Source: an uncultured bacterium (GTDB lineage Bacteria > Desulfobacterota > Binatia > UBA1149 > CAITLU01). From it: 64,000 nt of DNA. A model generated the notes under the pieces. That model was not told where the DNA came from. It worked only from the letters and a program-made list of their open reading frames with translations, and did not search any database. A program made the position numbers and the translations under genes. Location: contig CAITLU010000046.1 in NCBI GenBank assembly GCA_903893315.1, positions 32,187-96,186 on the forward strand, read 5' to 3'. Below are positions 29,726 through 40,136 of the stretch, in pieces (position 1 is the first letter of the stretch; the number at the start of each line of letters is the position of its first letter).

Positions 29726-30529
29726 TCACCCACGGCCGCGGTAGGTCCCCGGCGCCAAACCGCTCCACTGCTTGAAGCGTTTCGCGAAATGGTACTCGTC
29801 GGGAAAACCCACCTGCGCGGCCACAAGCGCCAGCGGCTCTCGCGTCGTGCACAGCAGATCTGCGGCGGCACTCATCTTGAGGTTCATCGCGTAGTTCATC
29901 GGTGAAACGCCGACGTTCTTCTTGAACAGGCGGATGAAGTAGGACTTTTCGAGTCCGAGTCGAGTTGCCAGATCGTCGAGCGTGTACGCCTCGCCGATCT
30001 GCGAGCGCATGTATTCGAGCGCCTTCTCGATCGCCGGGTGCCCGTGATGCGAGGTCTGGCTACCGGCCATCAACTCGTAGAGCAGCGCCACGAACCTGAA
30101 AGCCGCGGCGCGACTCTGGTACGCATCGCCGGCCTCTGACAGCCGACTGAGCTGGGCAAAGAAGCCGTGAAGCCGGTCCCCGGCCCGGTGAGGTACGCCC
30201 TCGGGCAGCCGCGCCATCAGATCGTCGGCAACCTGAACGTCGAGCGCGGTGTCAAGCACCAGGAAAACGACGTACTGCAACAGATAGTCCCCGTCCGACG
30301 GCACCACGGCTCGGTGCTCGGTCCGGGGCCGCGTGTAGAAGAAGTCACCGGCCCGAATCGGCCGCCACTTGCCGCCGACCTCGAAGGAACCGCTGCCGCC
30401 CACCACGTGGTGGAACTCGTAGGCGTCGTGGGTGTGGCGCTCGAAGGCACGCACCCCTTTCGGCAGCAGGCAGCAGCCAAGAAGCACCATGATGTCAATA
30501 TCGTACATCGAACGGTCAGCGTGGACCAT
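29726..30529 (-). CDS. AraC family transcriptional regulator (cupin sensor plus HTH)
   Basis: HTHDAYEFH cupin motif; YFIRLFKKNVGVSP and VGFPDEYHFAKRFKQWSGLAP; divergent from the glycyl radical enzyme gene. Confidence 0.92.
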   Translation of the reverse strand: MVHADRSMYDIDIMVLLGCCLLPKGVRAFERHTHDAYEFHHVVGGSGSFEVGGKWRPIRAGDFFYTRPRTEHRAVVPSDGDYLLQYVVFLVLDTALDVQVADDLMARLPEGVPHRAGDRLHGFFAQLSRLSEAGDAYQSRAAAFRFVALLYELMAGSQTSHHGHPAIEKALEYMRSQIGEAYTLDDLATRLGLEKSYFIRLFKKNVGVSPMNYAMNLKMSAAADLLCTTREPLALVAAQVGFPDEYHFAKRFKQWSGLAPGTYRGRG

Positions 30530-30590
30530 TGCCGCCGGCGACTTGTCGGGAGTAGTTTGCCGCGATCAGGACCTGTAAGGAGTCGAAACC

Positions 30591-33107
30591 ATGTTGCGGA
30601 CCTTGGACCAGAATCCGGAATCGTTGGTCGTGCCCTTTCCCGGCATCGTGCTGTCACCCCAGGAGGCGCGCATCGAGCGCGGAGAACCGGTCGGACTGAT
30701 CGGCGACGCGGCGCGCTCCAAACGAGCCCGGATCCACAGCATGATAGAGGGCTTTCGCGAACGGCCCATCCGCCTGAACGTCGAGAGGGCTCGCCTGTTG
30801 ACGGAGTCGATGCGGCAGACCGAAGGCCAACCGACGGTGCTGCGCTGGGGCAAGGCACTCGCCCACATCCTCGAGCACCACCCCATCCACATCGAAGATG
30901 ACGAACTGCTGGTCGGAAGCGCCGGCCCGAGCGGTCGCTACGCGGTGGTCTATTGCGAGAACGCAGGCTACGGGCGCTTCTACACGCGCGACAACGAACT
31001 CACCGTGAGCCGTCCCGGCGATCCTATCATCATCACTGAAGCCGACATCGCCGTTCTGAAGAACGAGGTCCTGCCGTACTGGGACAACCACCAGTACAAC
31101 GCTGCGCTGATGAAAGCGCTCCCCGCCGACACCAAGCGGTTGATGGAGAAGATCTTCATCGTCACCTCCACCGCCGCGGCCCGCTCCATGCTGGCCTGGG
31201 CCCACGACTACGGGAAAGTCCTCAACCGCGGAATCGGCTCGATCAAGCGCGAGGCCGAAACCAAACTCGACGCGATCAATCCCCTCGACACCCAGGCCTG
31301 CGTAGAAGACAAGCCATTTCTCGAAGCCGTCATTTTGGTCTGCGACGCGATGGTGACTTTCGCACACCGCCACGCCGCGCTGGCGCGTACGATGGCGGCC
31401 GCAGAACCACGCGCGGAGAGAAGAGAAGAACTGCTGGAGATCGCACGGGTCTGCGATCGAGTGCCCGAGCACCCGGCCACGACGTTGCGCGAAGCGACGC
31501 AGTCGCAGTGGTTCGTGCAGATCGTCTCGCGCCTGGAACAGTCGATAGGCGGCGTGGTCGGCAACGGGCGCATCGATCAATACCTCTACCCCTACTACAA
31601 GAAAGACCTCGAAGCGGGACGGATCTCGGACGACGACGCACTGGTACTTCTCGAATCGATCTGGGTCGGCATGGCAAGGACGGTGGACCTCTACGCCAAG
31701 CCCGGAGAACCATCACTCACCGACGGGTTCGCACACTGGGAGGCGACCACGATCGGCGGCGTAAGCCGTGACGGCAGGGACGCCACCAACGAACTGTCCT
31801 ACCTGATCCTTCAATCCAAGCGCGAGTTCCCGCTGCACTACCCCGACCTGTCGGCGCGCATACACTCGCGCACGCCCGACGCATTCCTTCACGCCATCGC
31901 CGAGACGATCAAGGAGGGAACCGGGTTTCCCAAGCTCTTCTTCGACGACGAAATCATCCCGTCGCTGCTGGCCAAGGGCGCCGAAGTCGCCGAAGCCAAC
32001 GATTACTGCGTCACCGGCTGCACCGAAGTCAAGATGCTCAATCGCGACGTCGTCGCCACCGGATGTGCGTGGGTCAACCTCGGAGCCATCCTCGAGATGA
32101 CGCTCAACAGCGGCAGGCTGAAGTTCTACTCCGACGACCGCATCGGCGTGGTTACCGGCGACGCCAGTGGCTTCGCAACGTTCGACGAACTGTGGACCGC
32201 CTTCAGCGCGCAGGCCGAAAACGTCATGCGCCACACGTTCATCCAGCAGTTCGTCGCCGACAAGCTCAAGTCCAGCTTCATCGCCTCGCCCATGTTTTCG
32301 ATGCTGCACGACCTGTGCACGGCCGACTGCAAGGACATCCACGCCGGCCCGATCAAGAACGGACTTTACCTCGGTTTTTTCGACATCATCGGCTTCGGCA
32401 CCGTCATCGATTCGCTCGCGGCCATCAAGAAGCTGGTGTTCGACGACCGCACACTGACCATGGACGAGCTGCTCACGGCGCTGGACGCTGACTTCGCTGG
32501 ACACGAAGCTGTCCGTCAGATGTGTCTGAACGCTCCCAAGTACGGCAACAACGACCCCTACGCTGACAACATCGGCCGCGACATCGAGGAAACTTTCGCG
32601 CTGCTCGCTCACAGCCAGACGTCGGCTTTCGGCGGCGAGCTGGACCTGCGTTACGTATCGGTGACATCGCACGTCCCTCTGGGAATGATTGTGGCTGCGA
32701 CGCCGGACGGACGCAGGTCCGGCGAGCCGCTGTCCGAAAGCGTGAGCCCGTCACAGGGCGCCGACGTCCACGGCCCGACCGCCACTCTCGCCTCCATCGC
32801 CAGCACCAAGTGCGCGCAGTACAAGGAACGCGCCGCACGGTTGCTGAACATGAAACTGTCCCCGGCATCGGTGGCCGGAGAGATCGGCACCAAAAAAGTG
32901 ATGGCGCTGATCCGCAGCGTCTGCGACATGAAGATGTGGCATCTGCAGTTCAGCATCATCAACCGTGAGACACTGCTGGCCGCACAGGCGAATCCCGAAA
33001 AGTACCGCAACCTGCTCGTGCGTGTTGCGGGGTACAGTGCCTACTTCGTGGATCTCACTCCTGCACTCCAGAACGAGATCATTCGCCGTACCGAGCACAC
33101 CGCCTGA
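30591..33107 (+). CDS. Glycyl radical enzyme, isethionate/DHPS sulfite-lyase (IslA/HpsG)-related clade
   Basis: Gly loop RVAGYSAYF, Cys loop TGCTE, and blocks AHWEA, SKREFPLHYPDL, TSHVP, ERAARLLN matching IslA as recalled; TAAGGAG RBS. Confidence 0.9.
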   Translation: MLRTLDQNPESLVVPFPGIVLSPQEARIERGEPVGLIGDAARSKRARIHSMIEGFRERPIRLNVERARLLTESMRQTEGQPTVLRWGKALAHILEHHPIHIEDDELLVGSAGPSGRYAVVYCENAGYGRFYTRDNELTVSRPGDPIIITEADIAVLKNEVLPYWDNHQYNAALMKALPADTKRLMEKIFIVTSTAAARSMLAWAHDYGKVLNRGIGSIKREAETKLDAINPLDTQACVEDKPFLEAVILVCDAMVTFAHRHAALARTMAAAEPRAERREELLEIARVCDRVPEHPATTLREATQSQWFVQIVSRLEQSIGGVVGNGRIDQYLYPYYKKDLEAGRISDDDALVLLESIWVGMARTVDLYAKPGEPSLTDGFAHWEATTIGGVSRDGRDATNELSYLILQSKREFPLHYPDLSARIHSRTPDAFLHAIAETIKEGTGFPKLFFDDEIIPSLLAKGAEVAEANDYCVTGCTEVKMLNRDVVATGCAWVNLGAILEMTLNSGRLKFYSDDRIGVVTGDASGFATFDELWTAFSAQAENVMRHTFIQQFVADKLKSSFIASPMFSMLHDLCTADCKDIHAGPIKNGLYLGFFDIIGFGTVIDSLAAIKKLVFDDRTLTMDELLTALDADFAGHEAVRQMCLNAPKYGNNDPYADNIGRDIEETFALLAHSQTSAFGGELDLRYVSVTSHVPLGMIVAATPDGRRSGEPLSESVSPSQGADVHGPTATLASIASTKCAQYKERAARLLNMKLSPASVAGEIGTKKVMALIRSVCDMKMWHLQFSIINRETLLAAQANPEKYRNLLVRVAGYSAYFVDLTPALQNEIIRRTEHTA

Positions 33108-33142
33108 TCCTGCCGGCGAGGGATTCACACTTTGCAGCCGCC

Positions 33143-34081
33143 ATGATCGCCGACGCAGCATCCGGAAACGGCACGCGAGGCTGGATTTTCAACATCCAGA
33201 AGTTCTCGCTGCACGACGGCGCGGGAATCCGCACCGTCGTCTTCCTGAAGGGATGTCCGCTCGCGTGCCGGTGGTGTTCAAATCCTGAGAGCCAGGCTTA
33301 TCGGCCCGAACTCCTCTACGCTCGTGACCGGTGCATAGGAGAGCACGAGTGCGACCGCTGCATTCGGGTGTGCAAGGCCGCGGCTATCGGTCGCGACGCC
33401 GACGGCAAGGCCGCGATCGACCGCAGTCTCTGCAACAACTGCGGCGACTGCGCCGGCGCGTGTCCATCCAAGGCCCTCGAAGTTTCCGGAACCCTGGTAA
33501 GCGTCGACGAAGTGATCCGCGCGGTCGAGCAGGACAGCGGTTTCTACGTCAGGTCGGGCGGCGGTTTGACGCTGAGCGGCGGCGAACCGCTCGCCCAGGA
33601 TAGTTTCGCCGAGCGCTTACTGGCCACAGCGCGAAGACGCGGACTCGACACCGCGATCGAGACTTCGGGTTTTTGCAGGTGGGAAGCCTTGCAGCGGGTC
33701 GCACCTCTGGTCGATCAGCTCTTCTACGACATCAAGTGCCTGGACACCGAGAAACACCGGGTCGCGACCGGAGTGTCCAACGAAATCGTCCTGGACAATT
33801 TTCAAAAGCTGCGCAGGGATTTTCCCGCGACCGTGGTCGTCGTCCGAACACCGATAATTCCCGGCCTCAACGACTCGCGTGAAGACATCCAAGCCATCGC
33901 CCGCTTCATCGACTCAGCCGGCGGAGCAACAGCTCATGAATTGCTCGCGTACCACGGATTCGGTGAACCGAAATACCAGCGGCTCGGTAGAACCTACCCG
34001 CTCGGCTGCGTGGAAACGGCGTCGGACGAATCCATGGCAGTGCTTAGAAAGGCCGCCGCGTGCGGCGGCGACCGGCGTTGA
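33143..34081 (+). CDS. Glycyl-radical activating enzyme (radical SAM with ferredoxin-like insert)
   Basis: Motifs FNIQKFSLHDGAGIRT, GCPLACRWCSNPES, extra CxxCxxCxxxCP cluster, SGGEP. Confidence 0.95.
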   Translation: MIADAASGNGTRGWIFNIQKFSLHDGAGIRTVVFLKGCPLACRWCSNPESQAYRPELLYARDRCIGEHECDRCIRVCKAAAIGRDADGKAAIDRSLCNNCGDCAGACPSKALEVSGTLVSVDEVIRAVEQDSGFYVRSGGGLTLSGGEPLAQDSFAERLLATARRRGLDTAIETSGFCRWEALQRVAPLVDQLFYDIKCLDTEKHRVATGVSNEIVLDNFQKLRRDFPATVVVVRTPIIPGLNDSREDIQAIARFIDSAGGATAHELLAYHGFGEPKYQRLGRTYPLGCVETASDESMAVLRKAAACGGDRR

Positions 34082-34105
34082 AGCGCGGCGCAACCGCCGC
34101 CGCTG

Positions 34106-35632
34106 TTGGGCCTTTTCCGTCAGACTGCATTAGGATGGAACGTGGCCAATCCGCAAAGATGCACGCACGCGTCCGGCTCCGGGTGCCCCGAATTTTGGCC
34201 GTTTGCTGCGATCGTCGTCACCGTGCTGCTGGGTTGCAGCGCTGCGAAGTCACAGGCTCCCGCTGTCCCGGTCCCGAAAACGGCTGCCCTGCCCGTTCAA
34301 GCCAGGACCAGGATTGACGTCACCCAGGGTCGGCCCGCCGAGTCCAGCGATCAGAAACCCATCCCGGCGGCGCAAGCTGCCACCGCGCCGGCACCTGCTC
34401 AGACAAGCGCCGACGCGACAAGCGCCGATGCTGCGAGTGCGGCGATCCCGAAGGCTCCTGACGTATCGGCGCAGGCTGCGGCTGAAGCCGCGCTGCCACC
34501 CGGCGAGAAGTTCGACGAGAACAACTCCGCGCACCGTCTCGCGCGCTGCCGCACTCATGTGGCCCGCTCCGAGTGGTTCGACGCAATCGGCGATTGCCGC
34601 AAGGCCGCCGAGTTGGCACCGAAGTCCGTCGAACCACACGTCGAGTTGATGCGCATCTACGTGACGATCCAGTCCTACGCGGACGGTGCCGACGCGGCAC
34701 GCACCGTCCTTGCCCACGACCCTGTCAGTGCCCCCGCCTACTACTATCTGGGCTGGGCTCTGAGCGGAGGCCAGGACTACCCGGCTTCGATCGACGCTTT
34801 CCAGCATGCGGTGTCGATCGATCCCAAACGCGTCGAGTATCATCAGGGTCTCGGCATCACGTATTGCCAGGCCGATAACTTCGGCAAAGGTATCGCCGCC
34901 CTCGAAGAAGCGCAGAGACTGAGCCCCGACAACGTCAAGACGAGGGATCTGCTGAGCGAAACGCGTTCGCTGCTGGACGAGCGCCTGGCGCCTCACAAGA
35001 AAGAGGTCGAAGCCAGACCCGCAGATCCCGCCACGCACGCGATGCTCGGCAGCAAGCTGCAGCAATATGGGTTCGCCGAAAGAGCGCTCGCCGAGTACGA
35101 CTCCGCGCTCGCCAAATTTCCTTCGCCGATCGCCGGCCAGGATGACGATACCAGACGTCTCGCGGCCGAGCTCTACTACAACCGGGGCGTACTCTATCGC
35201 GAACTCGGACGCGGCGAACTGGCGACGCCGGCCTTTGCCAAGTCTTTCGAAATCGATCCTTCGCTCGCGGCTCAGGCGTGGTACTTCATCGGCCTCATCG
35301 CCTACGACAAAGGCGAGACGGAAGCTGCCATCCGCGCTTTGAACAAGTCCGTGCAGGACGCGCCGAAGGTGGTCGAAAACCGCAAAGCTCTTGCGCTCGC
35401 CTACGACAAAGCCGGCAGGACGACGGCAGCCAGGGAACAGCGCAACGCGATCTCCCAATTGGAACTGGAAGCGGCAGCGGCAGCAACGGAGCCGCAGCTC
35501 GCGGAGCCGGCATCGGATACCGGCAACGCTCCCGTGCAACTTCAGCCTGAACCCAGAGTCGCGCCGCTCCCATCCTCGCAAAACCAGGATCCCGCGGACG
35601 ACTCAGCAGACACACCGAGAGACAATCAATGA
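34106..35632 (+). CDS. TPR-repeat (lipo)protein
   Basis: Hydrophobic stretch ending LLGC, Ala/Pro linker, several TPRs (AYYYLG, YYNRG); start uncertain. Confidence 0.78.
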   Translation: MGLFRQTALGWNVANPQRCTHASGSGCPEFWPFAAIVVTVLLGCSAAKSQAPAVPVPKTAALPVQARTRIDVTQGRPAESSDQKPIPAAQAATAPAPAQTSADATSADAASAAIPKAPDVSAQAAAEAALPPGEKFDENNSAHRLARCRTHVARSEWFDAIGDCRKAAELAPKSVEPHVELMRIYVTIQSYADGADAARTVLAHDPVSAPAYYYLGWALSGGQDYPASIDAFQHAVSIDPKRVEYHQGLGITYCQADNFGKGIAALEEAQRLSPDNVKTRDLLSETRSLLDERLAPHKKEVEARPADPATHAMLGSKLQQYGFAERALAEYDSALAKFPSPIAGQDDDTRRLAAELYYNRGVLYRELGRGELATPAFAKSFEIDPSLAAQAWYFIGLIAYDKGETEAAIRALNKSVQDAPKVVENRKALALAYDKAGRTTAAREQRNAISQLELEAAAAATEPQLAEPASDTGNAPVQLQPEPRVAPLPSSQNQDPADDSADTPRDNQ

Positions 35633-36114
35633 ACTGTGTCACGTCGAAGCGGCCGCCATCTCTGGAAACCCTCACGCGCAAGTGGCACACGGACGATCCC
35701 GAGCGGATGATCGGCCGCGGACATCCGGTGGGTGATTTCCTGGAAGCCAACGAGTGGAAGGTCATCGGCGAACGCGTCGGGTTCCTGCGTCTGGCCTGCC
35801 ACCTGCCAGAGCAGGTGCGAAACCCTCGCGGCGACCTGTTCGGCGGCTTCACGCCGACCTACGCCGACCTCGTCGCCGTCTTTACGGGACGCGCCGGGCA
35901 CCGTCAGGAAATCCCGCGAAACTGGCTCAGTACCGCCAGCCTCAGGGTCGACTACTTCGCCCCCATCAACGGCGACTTTTTCATCGAAAGCGAGGTGTTG
36001 CATCGCACCGGCCGCACCCAGCACGTGCAGATCCGCTTCCTCGGCGAGCGCGACCGTCTGTTGGCGATCTGCCAGGCCACCATCATCGAACAGAAGGACG
36101 AAGGCGAGGCCTGA
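35629..36114 (+). CDS. PaaI-like hotdog-fold thioesterase
   Basis: Motifs NPRGDLFGG, TASLRVDYFAP, SEVLHRTGRT; overlaps the upstream stop (ATGA). Confidence 0.8.
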   Translation: MNCVTSKRPPSLETLTRKWHTDDPERMIGRGHPVGDFLEANEWKVIGERVGFLRLACHLPEQVRNPRGDLFGGFTPTYADLVAVFTGRAGHRQEIPRNWLSTASLRVDYFAPINGDFFIESEVLHRTGRTQHVQIRFLGERDRLLAICQATIIEQKDEGEA

Positions 36115-36143
36115 TCTCCCGCCGGAAAAACCGGCTTTCCGCA

Positions 36144-38048
36144 ATGGCGCCGCCGTGCGACACTACGGCCGTGAAATTACCGTCTCCCTCCCGTACGTCG
36201 CGCAAGCACATCTTCGCGGCATTCCTGCTTGCACTGCTACCGACCACAGCCTTCGCCGACAGCGCGGCTTTCGATGGCGCGCAACCGCGCATCACCAACG
36301 GGCTGCTGACACAGTCGAGGCCCACTACCGGCGCACTGCTGATAAAGAGCGGCATCTACTACGGGCTGACGTGCTCCGGAACCCTGATCGGCTGCCGGAC
36401 CTTCCTCACGGCCGCGCACTGTGTCTGCAACGGAAGCCCCTTCCTCTACTGCGGGACGCCGAATCCTTCCGGCTACGCGGTCTACCTGCAGAACGTCGGA
36501 ATCGTCGGGGTTTCGGCGATCGACGTCGACCCCAGCTATGCCTTCGCTTCACAGGGCGACGTCGCGGTGATCACGCTCTCCGCTCCGATCACGGGTGTGC
36601 CTCCCACGCCGATCAACACCACGATGCGACTGCCGCTGACGACCACGGTCGACATTGCAGGCTACGGGCTGACGCAGGGCGGAGCTGACGATACCGGCCT
36701 TTTGCGCGAAGGACAGGCGGTGACCGATGGATGCCAGGGGCAGGCCAACGGCGACGCCCACGTCTGCTGGATTTTCGACGCTCCCCTCGGCGCGGCAGGT
36801 CTGGATTCGAACACCTGCAACGGCGACTCCGGCGGTCCTCTCTTCGTCGACTTCGGCGGCGGCGAGTTGGTAGCGGGCATCACCTCGGGCGGGATATCAC
36901 CCAACTGCCTGCCGACCGACGTCTCCTACGACACCGATGTCTATGTTCACCGTACCTTCATCCAGAGCATCGGCGGCGCCGATCTGATGGCCACCAGTTG
37001 CGGCAGCGGCTCTCAGGTAGGCGACCCCGACACCGAGATCTCTCACCTCTCGTTCGGTTACTACACCGACTCGGCTTTGGCCTGCCGCAAGGAACTGCGC
37101 AAGCAGTACACGCGCTACACGACCAAGAGCCTCGAACTGCGCGGACGTTGTCTCGGCGATGTAGGCCGCGGCAGCATCAACGGACCGTGCCCCGACTCCC
37201 GTACCGCGTCGCGTCTGGCGGCGCTGGTCGCGACCATCGACCCGACGAGACTCGCCTCCAAGTGTCCGAGCAGTGTCGTGCCGACCATCGGCGCGGCGCT
37301 GGGATGCGCGAGCGCCGTCGATGCCGGCGACCTGACGGCCTGTCTGCTGGCGGCCGACGACGCGGCGACGGACCGCATGCTCGACGTCCAATACGCCGAT
37401 TCGTCTCCGGTCACGGCGATCGCTGACGGCGCACAGCGCGGCTGTCAGGAAGCCATCACCAAGGCGATGGGGAGTTACGTCAAATCGGCACTCAGCAGTA
37501 TCTCGAAGTGCGAAAGCACTCTCGACCTGGGCAAGACCGACGTCTGCCCCGATGCGTCAACCTCGGCTGCGTTGCACAAAGCCGAAACCAAGGCATTCGG
37601 CACCATTGCCGCCGCTTGTTCGGATGCCGAGATACAAGGACTTGACGCCGCCGGCACCTTCGGAGGTCCGTGCGCCGGCGCCGCTTCGGTAGCGACGCTG
37701 CAACAGTGCGAACGCGACGAAAACCTCGCTTCGATCGCCGACGTGACCGGCATCATCGAAGTTCACAACATGATGACGACCGTCACATTTACCGTGCCGG
37801 TCGGCGTCAGCCGCCTGGTCCTGGCACTGAACGGTCGCGAGAAGAACGGCAACGACCTCGATATCTACGCCAGGCTGGGAACCGATCCGACCACTTCGGT
37901 TTTCGATGCTTCCTCGGAAAACGACGGGATGTTCGAGGAGATCACGATAACCGCGCCGGCAGCCGGCGTCTGGCATGTACTGATCGACCGCTACAGCGGC
38001 GACCTCGCCATCCCGTTCCAACTGAACGCGACCGTATTCAAACCATGA
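36144..38048 (+). CDS. Secreted trypsin-like (S1) serine protease with Cys-rich helical region and C-terminal PPC-like domain
   Basis: Signal peptide; CSGTLI, LTAAHC, GDVAVI, CNGDSGGP catalytic triad; DLDIYARLG...GVWHVLI PPC-like tail. Confidence 0.85.
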   Translation: MAPPCDTTAVKLPSPSRTSRKHIFAAFLLALLPTTAFADSAAFDGAQPRITNGLLTQSRPTTGALLIKSGIYYGLTCSGTLIGCRTFLTAAHCVCNGSPFLYCGTPNPSGYAVYLQNVGIVGVSAIDVDPSYAFASQGDVAVITLSAPITGVPPTPINTTMRLPLTTTVDIAGYGLTQGGADDTGLLREGQAVTDGCQGQANGDAHVCWIFDAPLGAAGLDSNTCNGDSGGPLFVDFGGGELVAGITSGGISPNCLPTDVSYDTDVYVHRTFIQSIGGADLMATSCGSGSQVGDPDTEISHLSFGYYTDSALACRKELRKQYTRYTTKSLELRGRCLGDVGRGSINGPCPDSRTASRLAALVATIDPTRLASKCPSSVVPTIGAALGCASAVDAGDLTACLLAADDAATDRMLDVQYADSSPVTAIADGAQRGCQEAITKAMGSYVKSALSSISKCESTLDLGKTDVCPDASTSAALHKAETKAFGTIAAACSDAEIQGLDAAGTFGGPCAGAASVATLQQCERDENLASIADVTGIIEVHNMMTTVTFTVPVGVSRLVLALNGREKNGNDLDIYARLGTDPTTSVFDASSENDGMFEEITITAPAAGVWHVLIDRYSGDLAIPFQLNATVFKP

Positions 38049-38166
38049 GACGAAACCGGCGCGCGCCGCGCTGCTGTCAGTCGAAGCCATACTCCACAAC
38101 CGGGAACAGCAAGTAGAGGCACGGCCTTCCATGGCGCAGCCTGGCGCCGGAAAAGCGACGCGTACT

Positions 38167-39885
38167 TCACGGAGTGGCGCGGTAGGCTGATCGGCCCGCC
38201 ACGAAAGTCTCGAGCACACGCACGGTCTCCACGTGTTCCGGGTCTTGCAGCGGCGAGCGATCGAGGATCACAAAATCGGCCAGTTTTCCCCGTTCGAGAG
38301 AGCCGACCTTGGCTTCGAGGAACACCTGGTAGGCGGAGTCGATAGTGACGGCACGCAGAGCCTGCATCACACCGATGCGCTGCTCGGGGCCGAGAACGGT
38401 CCCGCCGGTCGTGCGGCGCGTTACCGCCGAGGCGACGATGCGCAGCGGCTCCATCGGCTGCACCGGTGCATCGGAGTGCAAAGTGAACCGGATCCCCCTC
38501 GTCACCGCACCTGCCGCCGGACTGATGCGCGCCGCGCGCTCGGGACCGAGAAAACGGTCGCGGTGCCTGTCTCCCCAATAGTAGGTGTGCAACGGAAAGA
38601 AGCTCGGCACCACGCCGAGAGCTTTCATGCGATCGAGCTGGTCGTCGCGTGTCATCTGCGCGTGAACGATGACAGGCCGGGCGTCCGGTCGCGGGTGTTT
38701 CTTCTGAGCAGCTTCGAACGCGTCGAGGATGTCGTCTATCGACGCATCGCCGTTGCCGTGTACGGCGATCTGCCAACCGGCCTCGTGGAAACGCGTCACG
38801 TCCCGTATCAGTTCCTCGCGGGAGATTCGGGGATAACCGCGCACGCCTGGATCCATGCCTGCGGGAACGCGGAAGTAGGGTCTGGTCAGATAGGCCGTGT
38901 AGCCCTGAATTGAGCCGTCAGCGACGAACTTGGCCGCACCGAGACGAAACCAGTCGGACTCCGCCGCCTTCACGTCGAGTTGCCCGTTCAGGATCTGCTC
39001 GGCCGCCGCGCTTTCGGGCCATACCACCACACGCAACGGCAGCGCGCCTATCCTCGACATCAGCGCGAGGCCCTGCACCTGCTCGCCGGTCGCCGCACCG
39101 TCTTGGGCCGTCGTGACACCGGCAGCGAGATAGCTGGCAGACGCACGGCGCATGATCGCGAAGGATTCCAGCGGCGACGGCTTGAGTGTCGCCGCGAACA
39201 CCGGCCGCGTTGCCTCTTCCTCGACCACACCATCCGGCTCACCGGCCATTTCACCTTTTGCAAAGCGGTGAATGCGTCCGCCGGAAGGATCGGGCGTCGC
39301 CCGCGTCAAACCCAGCTCTTCCAAAGCGCGCGAGTTCAGCGCCGCCATGTGGAAGGAAATGTGCCACACCACCACCGGGCGATCGCGCGATACCTTGTCG
39401 AGATCGTAGCGGTTGGGGTGACGATCATCCTGGAGAAGTGAATCGTCGTAGCCCCAGCCGACGATCCAGTGCGCATTGCTCTCGAGCGCGCGTGCCGAAA
39501 GAGCGCTGACCATCTGCTCGATGTTGCGCACCGAACCAAGCGGGGGGCTGCCGACGTGAACAGCCTTGTCGAAGAGGCCCGTGGCGGGGAAGTGGCTGTG
39601 GCCGTCGACGAAGCCGGGAATGATCGCGTGGCCGCCCAGGTCGATCACGCGAGCCCTCACCTTCGCCGCCCATGCGCGCAGTTCTTTTTCGGTGCCGGTG
39701 GCAACGACCTTGTCGCCGTCGATCGCCAGCGCTTCGGCCACCCGGTTGTCGGCGTCCATCGTCAGCACCGGCCCGCCCACGTACAGAGTCGGCCCGGCGA
39801 AAATACGCGAAGACACACGGCTCAGGAGCAGCAACGCCGCGACCGCAGCCCCCAGAAGCAGCAAACGTCGCACCAGGTTTTTCAT
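38167..39885 (-). CDS. Amidohydrolase-3 (YtcJ-like) metallohydrolase with N-terminal signal
   Basis: Motifs PGFVDGHSH, KFVADGSIQG, HGNGD, HSDAPV, GSLERGKLADFVIL. Confidence 0.9.
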   Translation of the reverse strand: MKNLVRRLLLLGAAVAALLLLSRVSSRIFAGPTLYVGGPVLTMDADNRVAEALAIDGDKVVATGTEKELRAWAAKVRARVIDLGGHAIIPGFVDGHSHFPATGLFDKAVHVGSPPLGSVRNIEQMVSALSARALESNAHWIVGWGYDDSLLQDDRHPNRYDLDKVSRDRPVVVWHISFHMAALNSRALEELGLTRATPDPSGGRIHRFAKGEMAGEPDGVVEEEATRPVFAATLKPSPLESFAIMRRASASYLAAGVTTAQDGAATGEQVQGLALMSRIGALPLRVVVWPESAAAEQILNGQLDVKAAESDWFRLGAAKFVADGSIQGYTAYLTRPYFRVPAGMDPGVRGYPRISREELIRDVTRFHEAGWQIAVHGNGDASIDDILDAFEAAQKKHPRPDARPVIVHAQMTRDDQLDRMKALGVVPSFFPLHTYYWGDRHRDRFLGPERAARISPAAGAVTRGIRFTLHSDAPVQPMEPLRIVASAVTRRTTGGTVLGPEQRIGVMQALRAVTIDSAYQVFLEAKVGSLERGKLADFVILDRSPLQDPEHVETVRVLETFVAGRSAYRATP

Positions 39886-40136
39886 TCCTTCCATGAGTGA
39901 ACCTGCCATGGCCCCGCACCATGCGCCGGTTCCAGCGCTCACGCCAGAAGACGCCATCGGCTTACGGCCGCTTGCGGCCACGCAGCGTCGTCAGCCAAGT
40001 ACGCCGCGCGCCTTTGCTCCCGTCCGACCAGGTAGCTACGATGCCTCCGCCGCGATGAAGAATCGCGGCGTCGACACCAAGAGCGAGCAAGGCGTACGCG
40101 TCGGCCCAAAGGCCGAGCGCACGGACAGGAGCGAAC

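Noticed and set aside
30591..33107. Calling the glycyl radical enzyme pflB or islA
   Set aside because: Lacks the PFL Cys-Cys pair, and differs from IslA at several recalled pocket residues, so no symbol was assigned.
39900..40136. Hairpins upstream of aor as a possible Moco/tungsten riboswitch
   Set aside because: Only two short stems; the Moco RNA consensus was not recognisable by eye.
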